DNA of 63,787 nucleotides, filler included, from Chiloscyllium plagiosum (taxonomy: Eukaryota), in assembly GCF_004010195.1 (NCBI RefSeq). It is 3 parts of one record of this genome, joined end to end, with 100 filler letters (N's around TTAATTAATTAA, not from the genome) between each part and the next. Parts side by side here need not be neighbours in the genome. Positions count along the whole stretch, not along the records: positions 1 to 22,078 come from NC_057713.1; positions 22,179 to 41,374 come from NC_057713.1; 1 more part is not named here. One strand, 5' to 3'. Made by a program: the position numbers and the translations under genes. This document shows positions 13,071 through 26,485 of this stretch, one piece after another. The stretch's first letter is position 1; each line of letters opens with the position of its first letter. The notes under the pieces were generated by a model, which was not told the origin of the DNA, ran no database searches, and was given only the letters and a program-made list of their open reading frames with translations.

Positions 13071-16000
13071 AGAGGAGAGGAGAAGCCATTACTAGTGCTA
13101 TTACAATGACAATTAGATAGATAAAAATGGAACCAAATAAGTGCAGTCCCCCATAATAGGATGAAAGTGAAAAGGGGGAAACTGTTTCCATTTGTAGAAG
13201 AGTCATTAACCAGAGCACACAGATTTAAGAGGGCTAGAAAAATATATCTGTGGAAAAAATTCTTTATTGAACAAATTGTTATGAATTGAAATTCACTGCT
13301 TCAAAGATGGTGATAGTGATTCAATAGTAATGTTTAAAAATGAATTGTACACATTCTTGAAGCAGAGAAAAAAATAAAGAGCTATCGGAAAGGATCAGGA
13401 AATAATCGGGAATAAATGGATAGCCCCAAGAACCTGTGTCGCCACAATTGGCCAAAGGTCTCCTTTTGTTAGTATGAGTTTATGGTCCTATTGTTAAGCA
13501 TTAAATAGGTCAGCATTTCTAAGTCCTGTGTTTCTAATCTAGCAAACTTTTTGTACTTTCTTGAAAGAAACTCAAAAAGTATCCCACAACCAGATTATAA
13601 TTAACTTCATTTACACAAGATCATAAGAAATAGGAGCAGGATCATTTGCTGTTTGATTTGAAATTAACATTAGAGTTTAAAGGTTGTTTCTAAATTGGTC
13701 CAAGGAGCATTGCCAATTCTTCCATTTGAAATGTATTCATTTGAACTGAGGTGGGTATACATTTTCAGGGACTGAATGGCACCGCAGTTCAGCAAACTGT
13801 TCTCTTGCCTCTAAGTTCAAACCTGACCCTAACTGATGGTTCTGACAGTGCTATATGCAATGAATTGGGTAGTTTCACTTCAATTCTTGCAGCTGAGAGT
13901 CTGAAATTGAGCACTGTCCACAGAAAATACGTCACTCCAAAATGGAAAGAGTGGGTGGAAGAACTTTTGCAGAGTGCCAATCAATCCACTGATTTATCAT
14001 CATTATTGCATTTTCACAGCAAAATTTACTCTAAATAAAACACAAAAATAGCCTACATCAGATTTGACTGTAACACACCCCTCATAAAAGTATACATAAA
14101 GTGGATCAGAATAAAGTATTTAATTAGTTGCATAGTTCTCTTTCCTCTCAAAGTGAAGAGGATTGCCTTGTGATGTATCAGTAGTGTGAGCTATTAACAT
14201 TAACTATTCCTTAGCAGGTCATGGTGTGTGGCTCAAGGGTATAATATGAAAGGAAGAGAAACAGTAACTTCAATTGCCTAAAGCAACAGTGATTGTTTGA
14301 TACAGTCAATCCTGCAGCCTCAGGGTAATGGCCTTAGCAATCGTGCCCTTGACACAGTCTCTATTTGTGTAACTATATACACAGAGATTTCCTTCATGCA
14401 CTTAAATGAATCATGGAGTGTGTTGTTCAAAGAGATACACAGCTTAAAGTTTATTTTTCATTTATTCCTGCTACATAACCTTAGAGAATTTGACTTTAAC
14501 TAGATAATGAAAATAAATTTTACTCATATGCAATAAATCTTACAAAAATATTTTACCACTAACATAAGTTGGATTGAGCTTGTAAGAACCAGTTATACTT
14601 AACACATTCAAAAACATAACATAAATAAATGTAAGAGTATCAGCTTCAGAACACTTGTGATGTTCTGTATAAAATTAAGAAACACAATACCATGGGAATT
14701 TATACCATTTCATTTCCTTAACCTCAATTGCACATTGTCGAACCACATAATCTGTTTATTGATATTGAAATCTTTGGAACCAAATTTCCCTGCAGACTTT
14801 TATAATAAGTATCCAGAGCAATAACAGAGGCTGATGCAATATCTGGGCCATCTACATTAGGCTGAGTGAGCTTTTTTATTTACTCCTTAAACTGTATCCA
14901 TTTCAGCCCCAGGTGACACAGGAACTGCCATTACACCATAAATTCCAATTGCAAATTTCAACCTGTCAAAAGGGTAAACAATTCTCTGCATTAGGGAAAC
15001 ACATATACTTGTAACATGTGGCCCATCAACATACTTGACTTGATATGAACGGCAACCTTAGTAACTGTGCCTGCACAGAGCCATAATAACTGATGAAGGA
15101 GGACATTTGCATTCTTAGTGTGACTATTAGCAGCACATTGAAAAGATATTGAACTGATCCAGTTGCTATTACTTTGCTCTTTGCTTCAATAAAGCAGATC
15201 TGTCAAAGTATCGACACTGAAAAGACAGACTGAATGATCTCCTTATTTGCTGTAGATTCTACACAAGTTTGTAGTCCTTTTTAAGAGTTGTTCTCTGCAA
15301 AAATGGCAAAGACTTTTAAACAGGAGCTTCTGAGTAGGAAGACTTTATCAGCAGCAACAACAAAATTTTAAAGAAATCAGCACACACTTCTAACAACAGG
15401 CTCGATCAGTACTTCCCAGTTTGTGGGTTGCAGAAACAGCAGATGGGCCATGAGTCTTTGTTCATGTGAGGCTGCGTCCCACATTGGAATCAAGTACCAG
15501 GTGCCACCCTGTAATGCTCTTGACTGCTTGTCTCTTGGTTTCTCTGTGGAGTTCGTGAAGGGGAGTAATGGACACATTGGGTGTGGAGAAAGCTTCACAA
15601 TTATCTTGCCATGGACTACAAATGAGAAGCTCTAAGTCCCAAATTTGCATTTAGTGGGACAACATTTGCATGATTCTCCCATGAACAGGTCTAGATTAAC
15701 AGCCACAATCTTTACATCCTGCACAGCCATCCTGAATCAGGAAGTAGGCTGAGTGTGGTTTCACTGAGTCTACTGTTACTGAGGAATATGGAGAACTTGG
15801 CTGCTTAAGGACACGAAATAATAACATTTCTGTAAAGTACTTTAAAGCACAGATTTTCATATTTATATAAAACTATATACATTTAACTATAATATGTTCA
15901 GCTTAATAGTTACACAATGAATGGTACAATGCAGCTTTTCTGTTTTTGTTTTGTTGGTGTTTGGGATTATGTTAATATTTGAGTGTTAAAATGGGTCACA

Positions 16001-18606
16001 GTGGAAAACAATTTGCAAGTACTAGGATGGTTAATGGTATCCCTGTTTTTTTTAACATGGTAGATGTGACTCATGACTTATCTGTGCTGGTGCCAAACAA
16101 CACGAGCAGCATGGACAACTGATGCAGATACGTCATTTCTCCATGATTGAAGCAATTCTCACACTGAACTGCTCTCTGTAAGCACAGCCAGTAACCTCTG
16201 AGCATTGCAGCAGGCTAAGTAGTATCTCAAACTAACCACAGACTCCAAATAAACTTCCTTTTTAAAACGGGTACTGCACTAATGTATGGCAGGAGGATGA
16301 CTGGGTAATCACATTGCAGCAGTCAAGGCTAAGGAATATATTACACCATGCCAAGGAAAGGGATCCCATTTACAGAATATGCTGCCCTTGAGGTATAAGA
16401 CACTCATGGCTCACCAGAACATCCTAATATTGCACATCACCTTCAAATATTTTCCAGTTACGGCACCTACACACCTCTCTATGCCTCTGCATACCTACAA
16501 ATAAAGCAGCCACACAAACCAAACACATTGACACACAGCCACTGGCATTCTGTCCTGTCTTGCAGGAAAGTTTGGCATATAGCAGGATAAATGTCAGCAA
16601 CACTGGGTGCTGGCAAAGCCGCCAGGAATGATGGGATTATGACACCTTCTCTATTCAACCCTCACCTTCACCCTGAAATGTGCCATGATATGTAAATTGC
16701 AAATGGAATGATTGCAGAATTGTTGGTTTCCTCTCCAACACTCCGTTCCCTAACTAGACCCTTCCCTTGTGCTTTTGTGTTTTCAGGTTGCCAAGTCCAC
16801 TTGGCTGATCATCTTCCTAAGAATCATGAGGAAGAGGAAAAGGAGGAGAGAAAAAAAATAGGAGAGTAAAAAGGAAACTTGGGCATTGACCTTACACTCT
16901 CAGCACCAGCCCAAATATTGACATTGCACAAATGTTCAGGGCTAATGTGGAATTCAATCAATATATTGAGGGTCACCCAGTGCTAGTATACTGCAGTCAG
17001 GAGAGGGAGATAAGAAGCCTTCTTGTGAACTCTCCACAGTGTGAGCTCACAGATAAATCTTTTGCAGGCAATTCTTTGGGGTAAATTACAGGAAAATGCT
17101 AATGTCAATGGATGGACCATCACAGTGAGCTGAGAACCATCATGGAAGTGGTGGGCAATTTCATGAATGTGCTGACCCATAATGGCTTTTGTCTCCACTT
17201 CCATCATAGCCTGGATAGGGGTCACCCAATGTCACAGTATTACTAATGGAAGCTCAGATAAAGGACAGGCTATCCCTATCCAGATCCCATTGTGAATTTT
17301 GAGAACAATTCAATACCAGGCATATCCAGCAGCCTGTATGAGCAGCAGTGGAAATATGGAGCACAAACCTGTTGTCCTTTCTCAAGTTACCAACTTTCTG
17401 TGGTCCTAGCATTGTCAATCGGTCAGTGACTTTCCTGTTGGCCTCTCAGGGAACGAATCCAGACTGTTCTCACCTTAGATGCCAGACCCTTTGAAGCAAG
17501 ATTCAGGACTGCTTGAGGACCACAAGTAAGGCCAACTGCACTCTTTGCCATGGAAAGTCAGCAGCATTGTACCAGCCATTCTGAGTGACATAATAGCGCA
17601 TATGCCAAGGAACAAGTATTAATCTGGTGTAGGTGGGATATCTCTGCTAAGTTTTTCACAAGTTAGAATTTGGATTACAGCAGACTTTGAACATTAGAAA
17701 ATTAACACGAGAACATTAAAGCAGTAAACTAGTTAAAAAGTCAAGTTTAACTCTCCAGAAGTAGTAGTTAACTGTTGATCAATTGAAAATGATTGCTTGA
17801 ATAGATGTTAATTATCGTATCGAATTAAACATGAATGGCTTTCTTGAGTGGTGCAGAGGTGGATAGACTAGGACTGCTAAATGAGCACATGGACACTGCA
17901 TTGCTCTTGATTTGCAGTTCTTACTTACGGGATTCTGTCTGTGAAAAAGTGCCCTGTCTACCTCAGATTCTCCTGGAAGTGTAAGGTACCTCAGGAGTTT
18001 GAGCAACAGGTTAAACTAGCTGGTCTACATTGCTGCTATGCGGTAGTAAGATGAATTGTGTTTGCCACTAACAGTATGCTGCCATCAAACCAAAAGAATT
18101 ATCTGCTTTTTGGTATAAATGAATAATATGGTAAGTAGATTTCTGTACAGGTGTGATGCTAATTAACTAGGATGTATATCCCAAAGACTGGTGGTTCACA
18201 TCAAACAGTATATCTCCTTGGCTGTTTCCAACAACAAAGTTACTAATCGGACCCAACCAGCCATGCTTTCAAAACTCATAGCAGAATGTACAACAATAGA
18301 TGTGATTCTATAATCCCCCACAACCAACACCCTGGGGATTACGACTGACAGCTGGACTTTCCACATGAACATAGTGGCTACAACAGTAGATCAGAGGCCA
18401 GGATTATTGCGGTGAGTATTCTCTTGGCTGAGTCTTCTGACTCTCCAAAGCCAGTCTAACATCTACATAGCAGAAGTCACTTTTATGGATGAGTGCAGTT
18501 CCAACAACACTCAAGAAACTCCACACCATCCATAAAATCAGCCTCCTTGACTGGCACCACACCCACAAGCATCCACTCCTTCAACCTCAGTTGGAGCAGT
18601 GTGATA

Positions 18607-19080
18607 AATTGGCCCTATAATTCTCTGATTTCTCTCCCTCCTTTTTAAATAGTGGGGTTATGTTTGCCACCATCTAATCTTCAGAAACTGCTCAAGAGTC
18701 TACCAAATTTTGAAAGATAGCCACCAATCGTCAGACTCTTGAGCAGTTCCTAAAGATTGGATGGTGGCAAACATAACCCCACTATTTAAAAAGGATGGAG
18801 GGAATAAAAGATAATTATAGGCCCAATTAGTGTATCATTAATAGTGGTGAAAATGCTACAGGAAGTTATAAAAGACATGACAGTAGAACATATGAAAAGC
18901 ATTAATGGGATTAGACAAAATCAGTACAGATTTATGAAGGAAAACTCATGCTTAATTAATCTATTTGTGATTTTAAGGATGTAACTAGTAAAATACATAA
19001 GGGAGAACCAGTGAATATGGTGTATTCGAATTTCAAGAAGGCTCTGATAACATCCTTCACAAGAAGTTAGTGGGCAAGTT
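18607..19080 (+). mobile_element. Decayed CR1 RT fragment with an inverted duplication of its 5' part
   Basis: + strand ANITPLFKKDG..NYRP region followed by KSCL..L and VY..F.KA.D-like motifs. 18607-18701 is the reverse complement of 18733-18828. Confidence 0.8.
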
Positions 19081-19081
19081 A

Positions 19082-21208
19082 CTGCTCCCTGGAGCTAGAA
19101 AATCTAACAATGAAATGCCATTCCTACTATCTGCCACGCAAGTTCACCTCTGCTATCTTGACAGTAGTCTACATATTACCCCATGCAGAAGTGAAGAGTG
19201 CTCTTGATGAAATATACACCGCTACAAATGTATTTGAGATAGAATACCCCAAGTACTTATTCATCATATCTGATGACTTTAACCTGGCCAACCTCAAGAG
19301 GATGCTACCAAAATACCACCAACACGTCTCCTGTCTTATCATGGGGCTAGCATCCTTGAATATTGCTACACAAGAATCAAAGATGCCTACCACTCCATAT
19401 TCCAACCACACTTTAGGAAATCAGATCTGTTCCTCCTCCCAGCTTTCAAGCAGAAGTTGAAACGTGAAGACCCAATACAGAAAGCAGCACACTGCTGGTC
19501 TGAGGCAACGGAAGAGCTTCTCTGGAACTCCTTGGAATTGGAGGACTGATCCATATTCAAGAATTCAGTGGCCAACCTCGAAAAATATGGTCACTGTCAT
19601 GGACTTCATGAGCAAGCGTGTAGAGGACGGCATGCCAAAGATGTCAACCCACAAGTTCCACAGGAAATGCAGATACGAACTCCGTTAAGCTATTAGACAT
19701 ACTAGGAGGCAATACCAGACGAAGTTAGAGACCCAAACTAACCACATAGATACCCACCATCTGCGGTAAGCCCTACACAACATAATGTGCTGCAAACTGA
19801 AGTAGTACAGAACAGCGGACAAAAATACATCCCTCCCTGATGCATTCAATGCATTTTATGTTCGGTTCGAACAGAAGGTCAATGAAACGATGTCGCCTGC
19901 CTTGGATGCATCTTTTCTCTCAGTCACCACTACAGATGTCAGATTGGCCTTCTTGAGAGTGAACCCATATAAAGCGACAAGCTCAAACAAAGTCCCTGGC
20001 CATGCACTCAGATCCTGTGCACACCAGTTGGCAGGAATATTTGCTGACATCTTTAATCTCTCCTTGCTACAATATGAAGTCCGCATCTGCTTCAAGAAGA
20101 CCACCATCAACCGGTATCAAAGAAACACATGCAGCATGCCTCAATGAACACCCCCCGGTGGCTCTGACCTCCATAATTATGGAGTGCTTCGAGAGGTTAG
20201 CCATGGCTCATATCATCTCTAGCGTCCTAGCCCGCCTTGATCCCTTGCAATTTGCCTACTGGCACAAAGGGTCCATGGCTGAAACCAGTTCCCTGACCCT
20301 ACACTCATCCCTGGAACATCTAGATAGTAAGGATACCCATGTCAGACTTCTACTTACTGACTACAGCTCCACCTTCAGCATGGTAGTCCCAACTGAACTG
20401 ATCTCCAAACTCAGAGACATAGGTCTCTGCTCCGCCCTCTGTAACTGGATACTCGACTTCCTGACCCATGGACCACAATCAGTGAGGGTAGGCAATTGAA
20501 CTTCTTCCATGACAATCCTTAATACCAGCCTCTGCAAGGTTGCATACTCTCAACCCCTTACTGTACTCCCTGTACAGTCATGATCAAATGGGCAAATTTT
20601 GTCAAGTTTGCAGATGACACCACTGTTGTATGCTGGATATCAAACAATACAGGAATACAGGAAAGAGATAGCGTGCTTGGTATAAAGATACCCAACTAAC
20701 CCTGAATATCAGCAAAAGTAAAAAGCTGATCATCAACTTCAGGAAGCAAGGAGGAGAGCACGCGCCTATCTACATCAATGCAGCTGAGGTGGAGATGGTC
20801 AAGAGTGTCAAATTCCTAGGAGTGACAATCACCAACATTCTGTCCTGGATCACCCATGCTGATGCAACAATCAAGAAGGCACAACAACATCTTTTCTTCC
20901 TCCAGAGGCTCTGGAAATTCAGCATGTTCATTAGGACTCTCACCAACCTTTATAGCTGCATCTTGGAAAGCATTCTATCTGGATGCATCACTGTTTGGTA
21001 TGGCAACTGCTCTGCCCAGGACAGAAAGAAACTACAGAGTGTTGTGAACACAGTCCCAGTCCATCACGCAAGCCAACCTTCCATCCATTGACTTTATCTG
21101 CCTCAGAAAGGCAGCCACCATCATCAAAGATCCCTCCTACCCCAGTTATAATCACCTCCAACCTCTTCCATCAGGCAGAAGGTACAGAAGCCTAAACACA
21201 CATACTGG
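19082..21208 (+). mobile_element. Rex1/Babar-clade LINE, degenerate APE-endonuclease + RT ORF
   Basis: Frameshifted motifs YYLPRKFTSAILTVVYI, DDFNLANLK..LPKYHQH, CAHQLAGIFADIFNLSL, LDPLQFAY, VRLLLTDYSSTF, LCNWILDFLT, KFADDT and ESILSGCITVWYGNCS. Confidence 0.88.
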
Positions 21209-21239
21209 TTCAGGCAGCATCCGAGGAGCAGGAAAATCC

Positions 21240-21267
21240 GACGTTTCAGGTAAAAGCCCTTCATCAG
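21240..21267 (-). ncRNA. Minimal type-I hammerhead ribozyme motif
   Basis: Minus strand reads CUGAUGA-A-GGGC-UUUU-ACCU-GAAAC-GUC. Cores intact; stem II imperfect. Confidence 0.65.
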
Positions 21268-22078
21268 GAATATTCGAAGGAGAAATTGTTAAGAGTGAAG
21301 ACCAGTTCGGCCAAAGGAATTGAGAGTGTCACTGGAAGGGTACTGTTGGGGACATCAGGAGAGGAAGAAACGGAGGGCTTGGAGGACCTGGTCATGGCAG
21401 ATGGAGGTGTAGAGGGACTGGATATCCATGGTGAAGATGAGGCGTTGGGGGCCGGGGAAACGGAAGTCTTGGAGGAGGTGGAGGGCATGGGTGGTGTCTC
21501 GAACGTATGTGGGGAGTTCCTGGACTAGGGCGGATAGGACAGTGTTGAGGTAGGGAGAGATGAGTTCCGAGCAGGACAAACAGTACAGACTACAGATTCA
21601 AAAACACCAGCAATGGTTCTCCTTCAAGATCCTCCGCTCCATGCTCACAGCAATGCGCCAGCACCTAACCTCTCTACAGTCAGCCCTGCCTCAGCTGAGG
21701 GCCACACTCTCTCAGAATTGCAAAGGACACCCCCCTTTACTATATTCTCAGGAGAATTCATACTCTCAACAAACAGTATTTCAACACCGTCTCAAACGTC
21801 AAAAACTGTAAGTACAACAAACTTTTATCTACCCACCTCCATGACCAGCACTCCTCAAACATTCCTGTAGATTCCCCCAGCCTCTGGAACTGCTCGGACG
21901 CTATTAGCCATGCGGCTGGTGCAGCCACCATCCCCATTGATTGGTGACATCACTTCCGCCCCCATCACAGCCGCTTCCACAGCCAATTCCGCCCCTCACA
22001 ATTCCACATGCACCACACGTGACATCACTTCTGCCCCTCACATCATCGCTGATGTCACACGCTCAGTGACTTCTGCCT

Positions 22079-22178
22079 NNNNNNNNNNNNNNNNNNNNNN
22101 NNNNNNNNNNNNNNNNNNNNNNTTAATTAATTAANNNNNNNNNNNNNNNNNNNNNNNNNNNNNNNNNNNNNNNNNNNN
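22079..22178. other. Assembly gap: 44 N + TTAATTAATTAA + 44 N
   Basis: Seen directly. The 12-mer is an artificial spacer with stops in all six frames. Confidence 0.98.
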
Positions 22179-22240
22179 CCTCCCCCAAGTCCCTCCTCCC
22201 TACCTTTTATCTTAGCCTGCTGGACACACTTTCCTCATTC

Positions 22241-22268
22241 CTGAAGAAGGGCTCATGCCCGAAACGTC
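22241..22268 (+). ncRNA. Minimal type-I hammerhead ribozyme motif
   Basis: CUGAAGA-A-GGGC-UCAU-GCCC-GAAAC-GUC. All core bases and stem II intact. Confidence 0.72.
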
Positions 22269-23574
22269 AATTCTCCTGCTCCTTGGATGCTGCCTGACCT
22301 GCTGCGCTTTTCCAGCGCCACATTTTCAGTAATGGTAACCACCAGCTACTAAACAAAATAAATTACGCTTGAATGTAGAATTCCTAAGTTTTTGTAGGGG
22401 TCTTTAATGGATAAGAGCTATGATTTCATCTGTATATATATGAGTGCAAAGTCGCTTGATGATGTACCACTGTTTTGATATTGGTGGAGTCGCAGGAAAA
22501 CTCAAACAACAGCTTCTTGGCTTCCATATTTAAGTTGCCATCTAATGTATTCTTTAATAAGTTAGCTCTGAAGTGACCATTATTTTTACTGTATGTGGAA
22601 TTTATAATGGGGAAAATCTGACATAAGTGTGAGAAAATGTAACAAGGGGAAGTCAAATTGTCCAGTAGCATGTAAATGCAGTCTTAAAAGTTCAATGAGA
22701 TAAAACATTTAATGGCCGTTGCCCTCTCTCCTTCTCGACAACCTCTACCACTATGGTCAAAATGAAATGAAGGTATCAAATTTAAATGTAGAAGTCAAGA
22801 AAAATGTTGTGCAGGATTGGATATAACTGAACTTGGGAATGCAAATGCAATGGTATCCCTATTTAAAGAGCATATGTTGTCCACTTGTTGGTATATTTCA
22901 TTATTCTGTGGATTTTTAAAAATGATTTTGAACCATCAATAAAAGCTGGCTATACTATATTTATATCTTTCTGCCAGCTGTTACCCTGCCGCATCTCTAT
23001 TGACAGTGTAATTATAATGTCACAAGTTTAGTAAAGCACTTTACATTACAAATATGATGTTCTCAATTTTCTATTGTAAATTCCTAAGTGCGCTTATTTA
23101 AAATGCAGAAGAGTTTATCAAACAGAATTGGGGTATATTCTTTGATGTAGAAAACTCTAACTGAGCTAGATTTTTTTCATCCATCAGTTCTTTTGGTTCT
23201 ATTCAGTATTTTAAGGGGAACAAAAATTTAAACGTAATATGTGACCCACCAAGAGAAAAAGGTTAAATACATGCAGTATTCAAGAATATGTTTTTTGGGA
23301 ATTATTTAAAATATGTTTTGAGCTACTGTCTTTTTTTAATGGCTCACTAGATAGTTTAATATATGCCATTCCCCATGAATGTACATGTATCTCATGTTGA
23401 CACTAATTGCTGCTGATAATCTGATTTAGATTTATCTTGTAATGAGGTTTCCCAGCTAATATTTATGTCTCAATCAATGTCACTGAAATAGATCAGTGTT
23501 TTCACATTACTGTTTGGGGTATCTTGCCAGGTGCTATGTTTAGTACAGTTGTGACTGTGCTTCAAAAGCTGTAA

Positions 23575-24730
23575 AGAAAATGAAATTGCTGGAAAAATCT
23601 CATCACGTCTGGCAGCATCTGTGGAGAGAAATGATAGTTAACAGTTTGAGTCCAGTGACTCTTCTTCAGAGCTGATAGTCCCTGGGAAAAGATGGGTATT
23701 TATGCAGAAGATGGGTTGGTGGGGATGGTTAGAGTAAACAACAGGTGGAGTGAGAGCCCAAAGAGGGAGTAAAACTGTTGGACAGTCATAGAAGTGGGTA
23801 AAGGTCAGCCTGGAAGAATGAATAGTTGCTAATGGGGCTATTATAAGTTGACAGTTGATATGATAGCAGTGTGATGACAAGGACTGGTGTTTGGGGTGTG
23901 GATGTTGGGGTGAGGACATGGGAGAAGTTGCTTAAGCCTTAAAATTTTTGAACTCAATGTTGAGTCCAGAAAGCAGCAGCATTTGCATGAGGTGTTGTTC
24001 TTCCAGCTTGTGCTAGGCTTTATTGGAGCATTGCAGCAAACCTGAGACAGAGATGCCAACTTCGACAATGATGCCAACTTCAGCAAGGGGGGCTCTGTCA
24101 TCATGGTTGGCCAGGAAACATGGTGATGTGTTGAAGTGGCAGGCAACTGAAAGTTCAGGGTTTTTTTGCAGACAGACCCTAAGTGCTCTGCAAAATGATC
24201 ACCGAGTCCATGTTTTGTTTCCCCGATGTCGAGGAGAGCACATTGTGAGCAGCGAATACAGTGGACTAGACTGAGTGATATGCAGGTGAAGATCACCTGA
24301 AAGGTAAGTTTGGAGCCTTGAATAATGAGGAAGGAGGAAATAAATGAGCAGGTGTTACACTGTCTGCGATTGCAAGGGAAGGCTGTGGAGACGTGTTGGG
24401 AGTGAAGGAGGCATGAACCAAGGTATCCCAGAAGGAATAGTCCCTACGGAAGGGAGGGAAAGAGAATATGTGTCTGATGGTGGCATCCTGTTGGAGGTGA
24501 CAGAAATGGTGGCTAATGATCCTCTGAGTATGGATGTTGGTTAGATAGTAGATGAGGTCAAGGGAAATTCTATCACTGTTGTAGGAGGAAGGAATGGGGG
24601 TGAGGGCTGGAGTGCAGGAGATGGACTGGACCCGGCAGAGGGCCCCGTCAACCATGGTGCTGAGGAGTCCTCGGTTGAGAAAGAAGGTGGACATTTCAGA
24701 GGCCCCCTTCTCAAAGTTGGTATGATCAGA
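23575..24730 (-). mobile_element. Older Penelope-like element 3' part (GIY-YIG endonuclease + pLTR)
   Basis: Minus peptide LVHCIRCSQCALLDIGETKHGLGDHFAEHL (decayed GIY-YIG), upstream ASEMSTFFLNRG thumb-like segment, pLTR at ~23575-23670. Confidence 0.82.
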
Positions 24731-26244
24731 ACAGAAATTAGAATGAGGCCATTCAAAAGTCATAAAACACCTTGGAAAATTGTAAATCTTTTGCTTGAAA
24801 GAATACCGGAAACAATTGGAAAACTATTTTTATTTTTGTAAGATTTTGCATTCTTATGTTCGTTTTTATTTATTTGGTATTGAATCATGGGTGATTGCTG
24901 AATGTTATAATGGTGACATTGCTGAAAATACTGCTTAAGGACTCAACTAATTTAAGAAGTATTCAGATAGACTGGGAAAAGCGTCTTGTGAGAAAATAAA
25001 TTGCCTGGCAATATTGCCTGCAAAGTGCACGGAGATGTTGAGACCATGTAAGGTACAATGCAAGTGTAAGTTTTCTTTCTCTTTAATATTAACTTCCTCC
25101 AACCTTACCTCACACAATCTTGACTGCAAAGGTCCTTTCCTTTGATTTCTCCACCCAACCCCAACCTTCATCAACACACCCTCCTTCAAAAATGTTCTTA
25201 CATGTTTCCTGAGTTAAGCATTAACTTGTACAGAATATCACTGTTGCTTTCAGTCCCATTTGTATCAGTTGTGGCTTTGTGAGTAACACTTTCACCTCAG
25301 TGTCACAGGTTCTGGATTCAAGTTTTCCTCTAGTTCAGGGCTTGGGTACAACTGTACATCAACACTTGGGAGTGTGATATGAAGTGAGTGTTATCAAGTG
25401 CTGTCTGTTGGAAAGCTTATAAACCTCAGAGTTGGTGTTTATGGGGGAGTGTTTCTAATTTAAGGTAAAAGTGAAGGGGGTGATGTGACCTGTTTTGAAG
25501 TCTATCTGACACCATGCTTAGATGGTTTGAATATTGGAGAGTAAAGATGTCCCAGATTGTTTAACTGGGTAAGAGTTGCAAGAGGCCTACTTGATGACAG
25601 TGGCTGCAGCCTATGCTAACAATGGACAGATTGAGCGTCTCCAAGCATCCAGAAAAGTGTTTGGGAGGTCAGCTAGTAGCCAGTTGTGGTTTAACTTGTT
25701 AATTTATTTCCAAAGTAAAAGAGAGTTAAAGTCTCATAGATAACTAATCAGCATTTCTATCTGGATATAAGGCCATGTGATTTACATTGGTAATTTACAT
25801 TGAGCTTTCAGTTGAGAATTCTACAGCAGAAGTCCTTGCAATATTGGGTTTTGCCTAGCTTGCTGTACAAGGATGATTACCAGAAACAGTCTCACTGTGG
25901 TGAACAGTCCTGGGGTTAGAAGTTATTATGTTGTGAAAGGAAAGTAACAGAAATAAATCCTTGGGAGCTAAGAAACATTTTTGTGCTGATTCCAGGAGAA
26001 TTGAATGTCTATTTAAAAGACAGTGTGACAAGCAACTGCTGGAATGTTTTTTTTCAGTTGTGTTGAAAGTTTTGTACAATAATTTAAAAGTACAAGTTGC
26101 TTACTAAATTATGTTTGGTCAATAGTGCTTTTAGAATAAATGTCTTAACATGTAAACCTGTTGTTATATCTATTCAGCATATATCTGGAAGCTCAAATTT
26201 CTTTTTTAAAAATTATCCATTGCAGTGGGAACTGTAACACATGC

Positions 26245-26480
26245 AACATTAAACTGAGATTCTGCCTGCCAACTCGATGAATGCAAAAGATCCCATGGCA
26301 CTGTTTTGAAGAAGAGCAGAGAAGTTAGTCCTAGTATGTTGGCCAAATAAAACCCTCCAACATCAGAAAAAGGAACTATTTGGTGGTTGTCTCATTTCAG
26401 TTTGTGCGAGTTTGTTGTGTGCAACATGACTTTGTGTTTCCTTCATTGCAACAGAGATTGTAATTTTAACAGTACCTAAT
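26245..26480 (+). mobile_element. DeuSINE (SacSINE1/AmnSINE1-related) fragment
   Basis: aaagatcccatggcactgttttgaagaagagcag...tgttggccaaat matches the recalled Deu-domain core. Confidence 0.65.
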
Positions 26481-26485
26481 TAGTT

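Larger units (their letters stand above)
21209..22329. mobile_element. Penelope-like element(s), family A, rearranged and spanning gap 1
   Basis: Inverted pLTR (21209-21270). Minus-strand PLE RT fragment LPTYVRDTTHAL..TMDIQSLYTSI..LAELVFTLNNFSF. Plus-strand N-terminal ORF fragment from ~21570. Plus-strand pLTR at 22179-22329. Confidence 0.85.

Noticed and set aside
14990..17700. Decayed Harbinger-like transposon or cryptic exons (acceptor-like sites at ~16565 and ~16786)
   Set aside because: Only faint resemblance; no continuous reading frame or terminal repeats could be shown by eye.
22123..22134. TTAATTAATTAA palindrome (also at 41419-41430) as a biological motif
   Set aside because: It sits symmetrically between 44-N runs in both gaps, so it is an artificial spacer.
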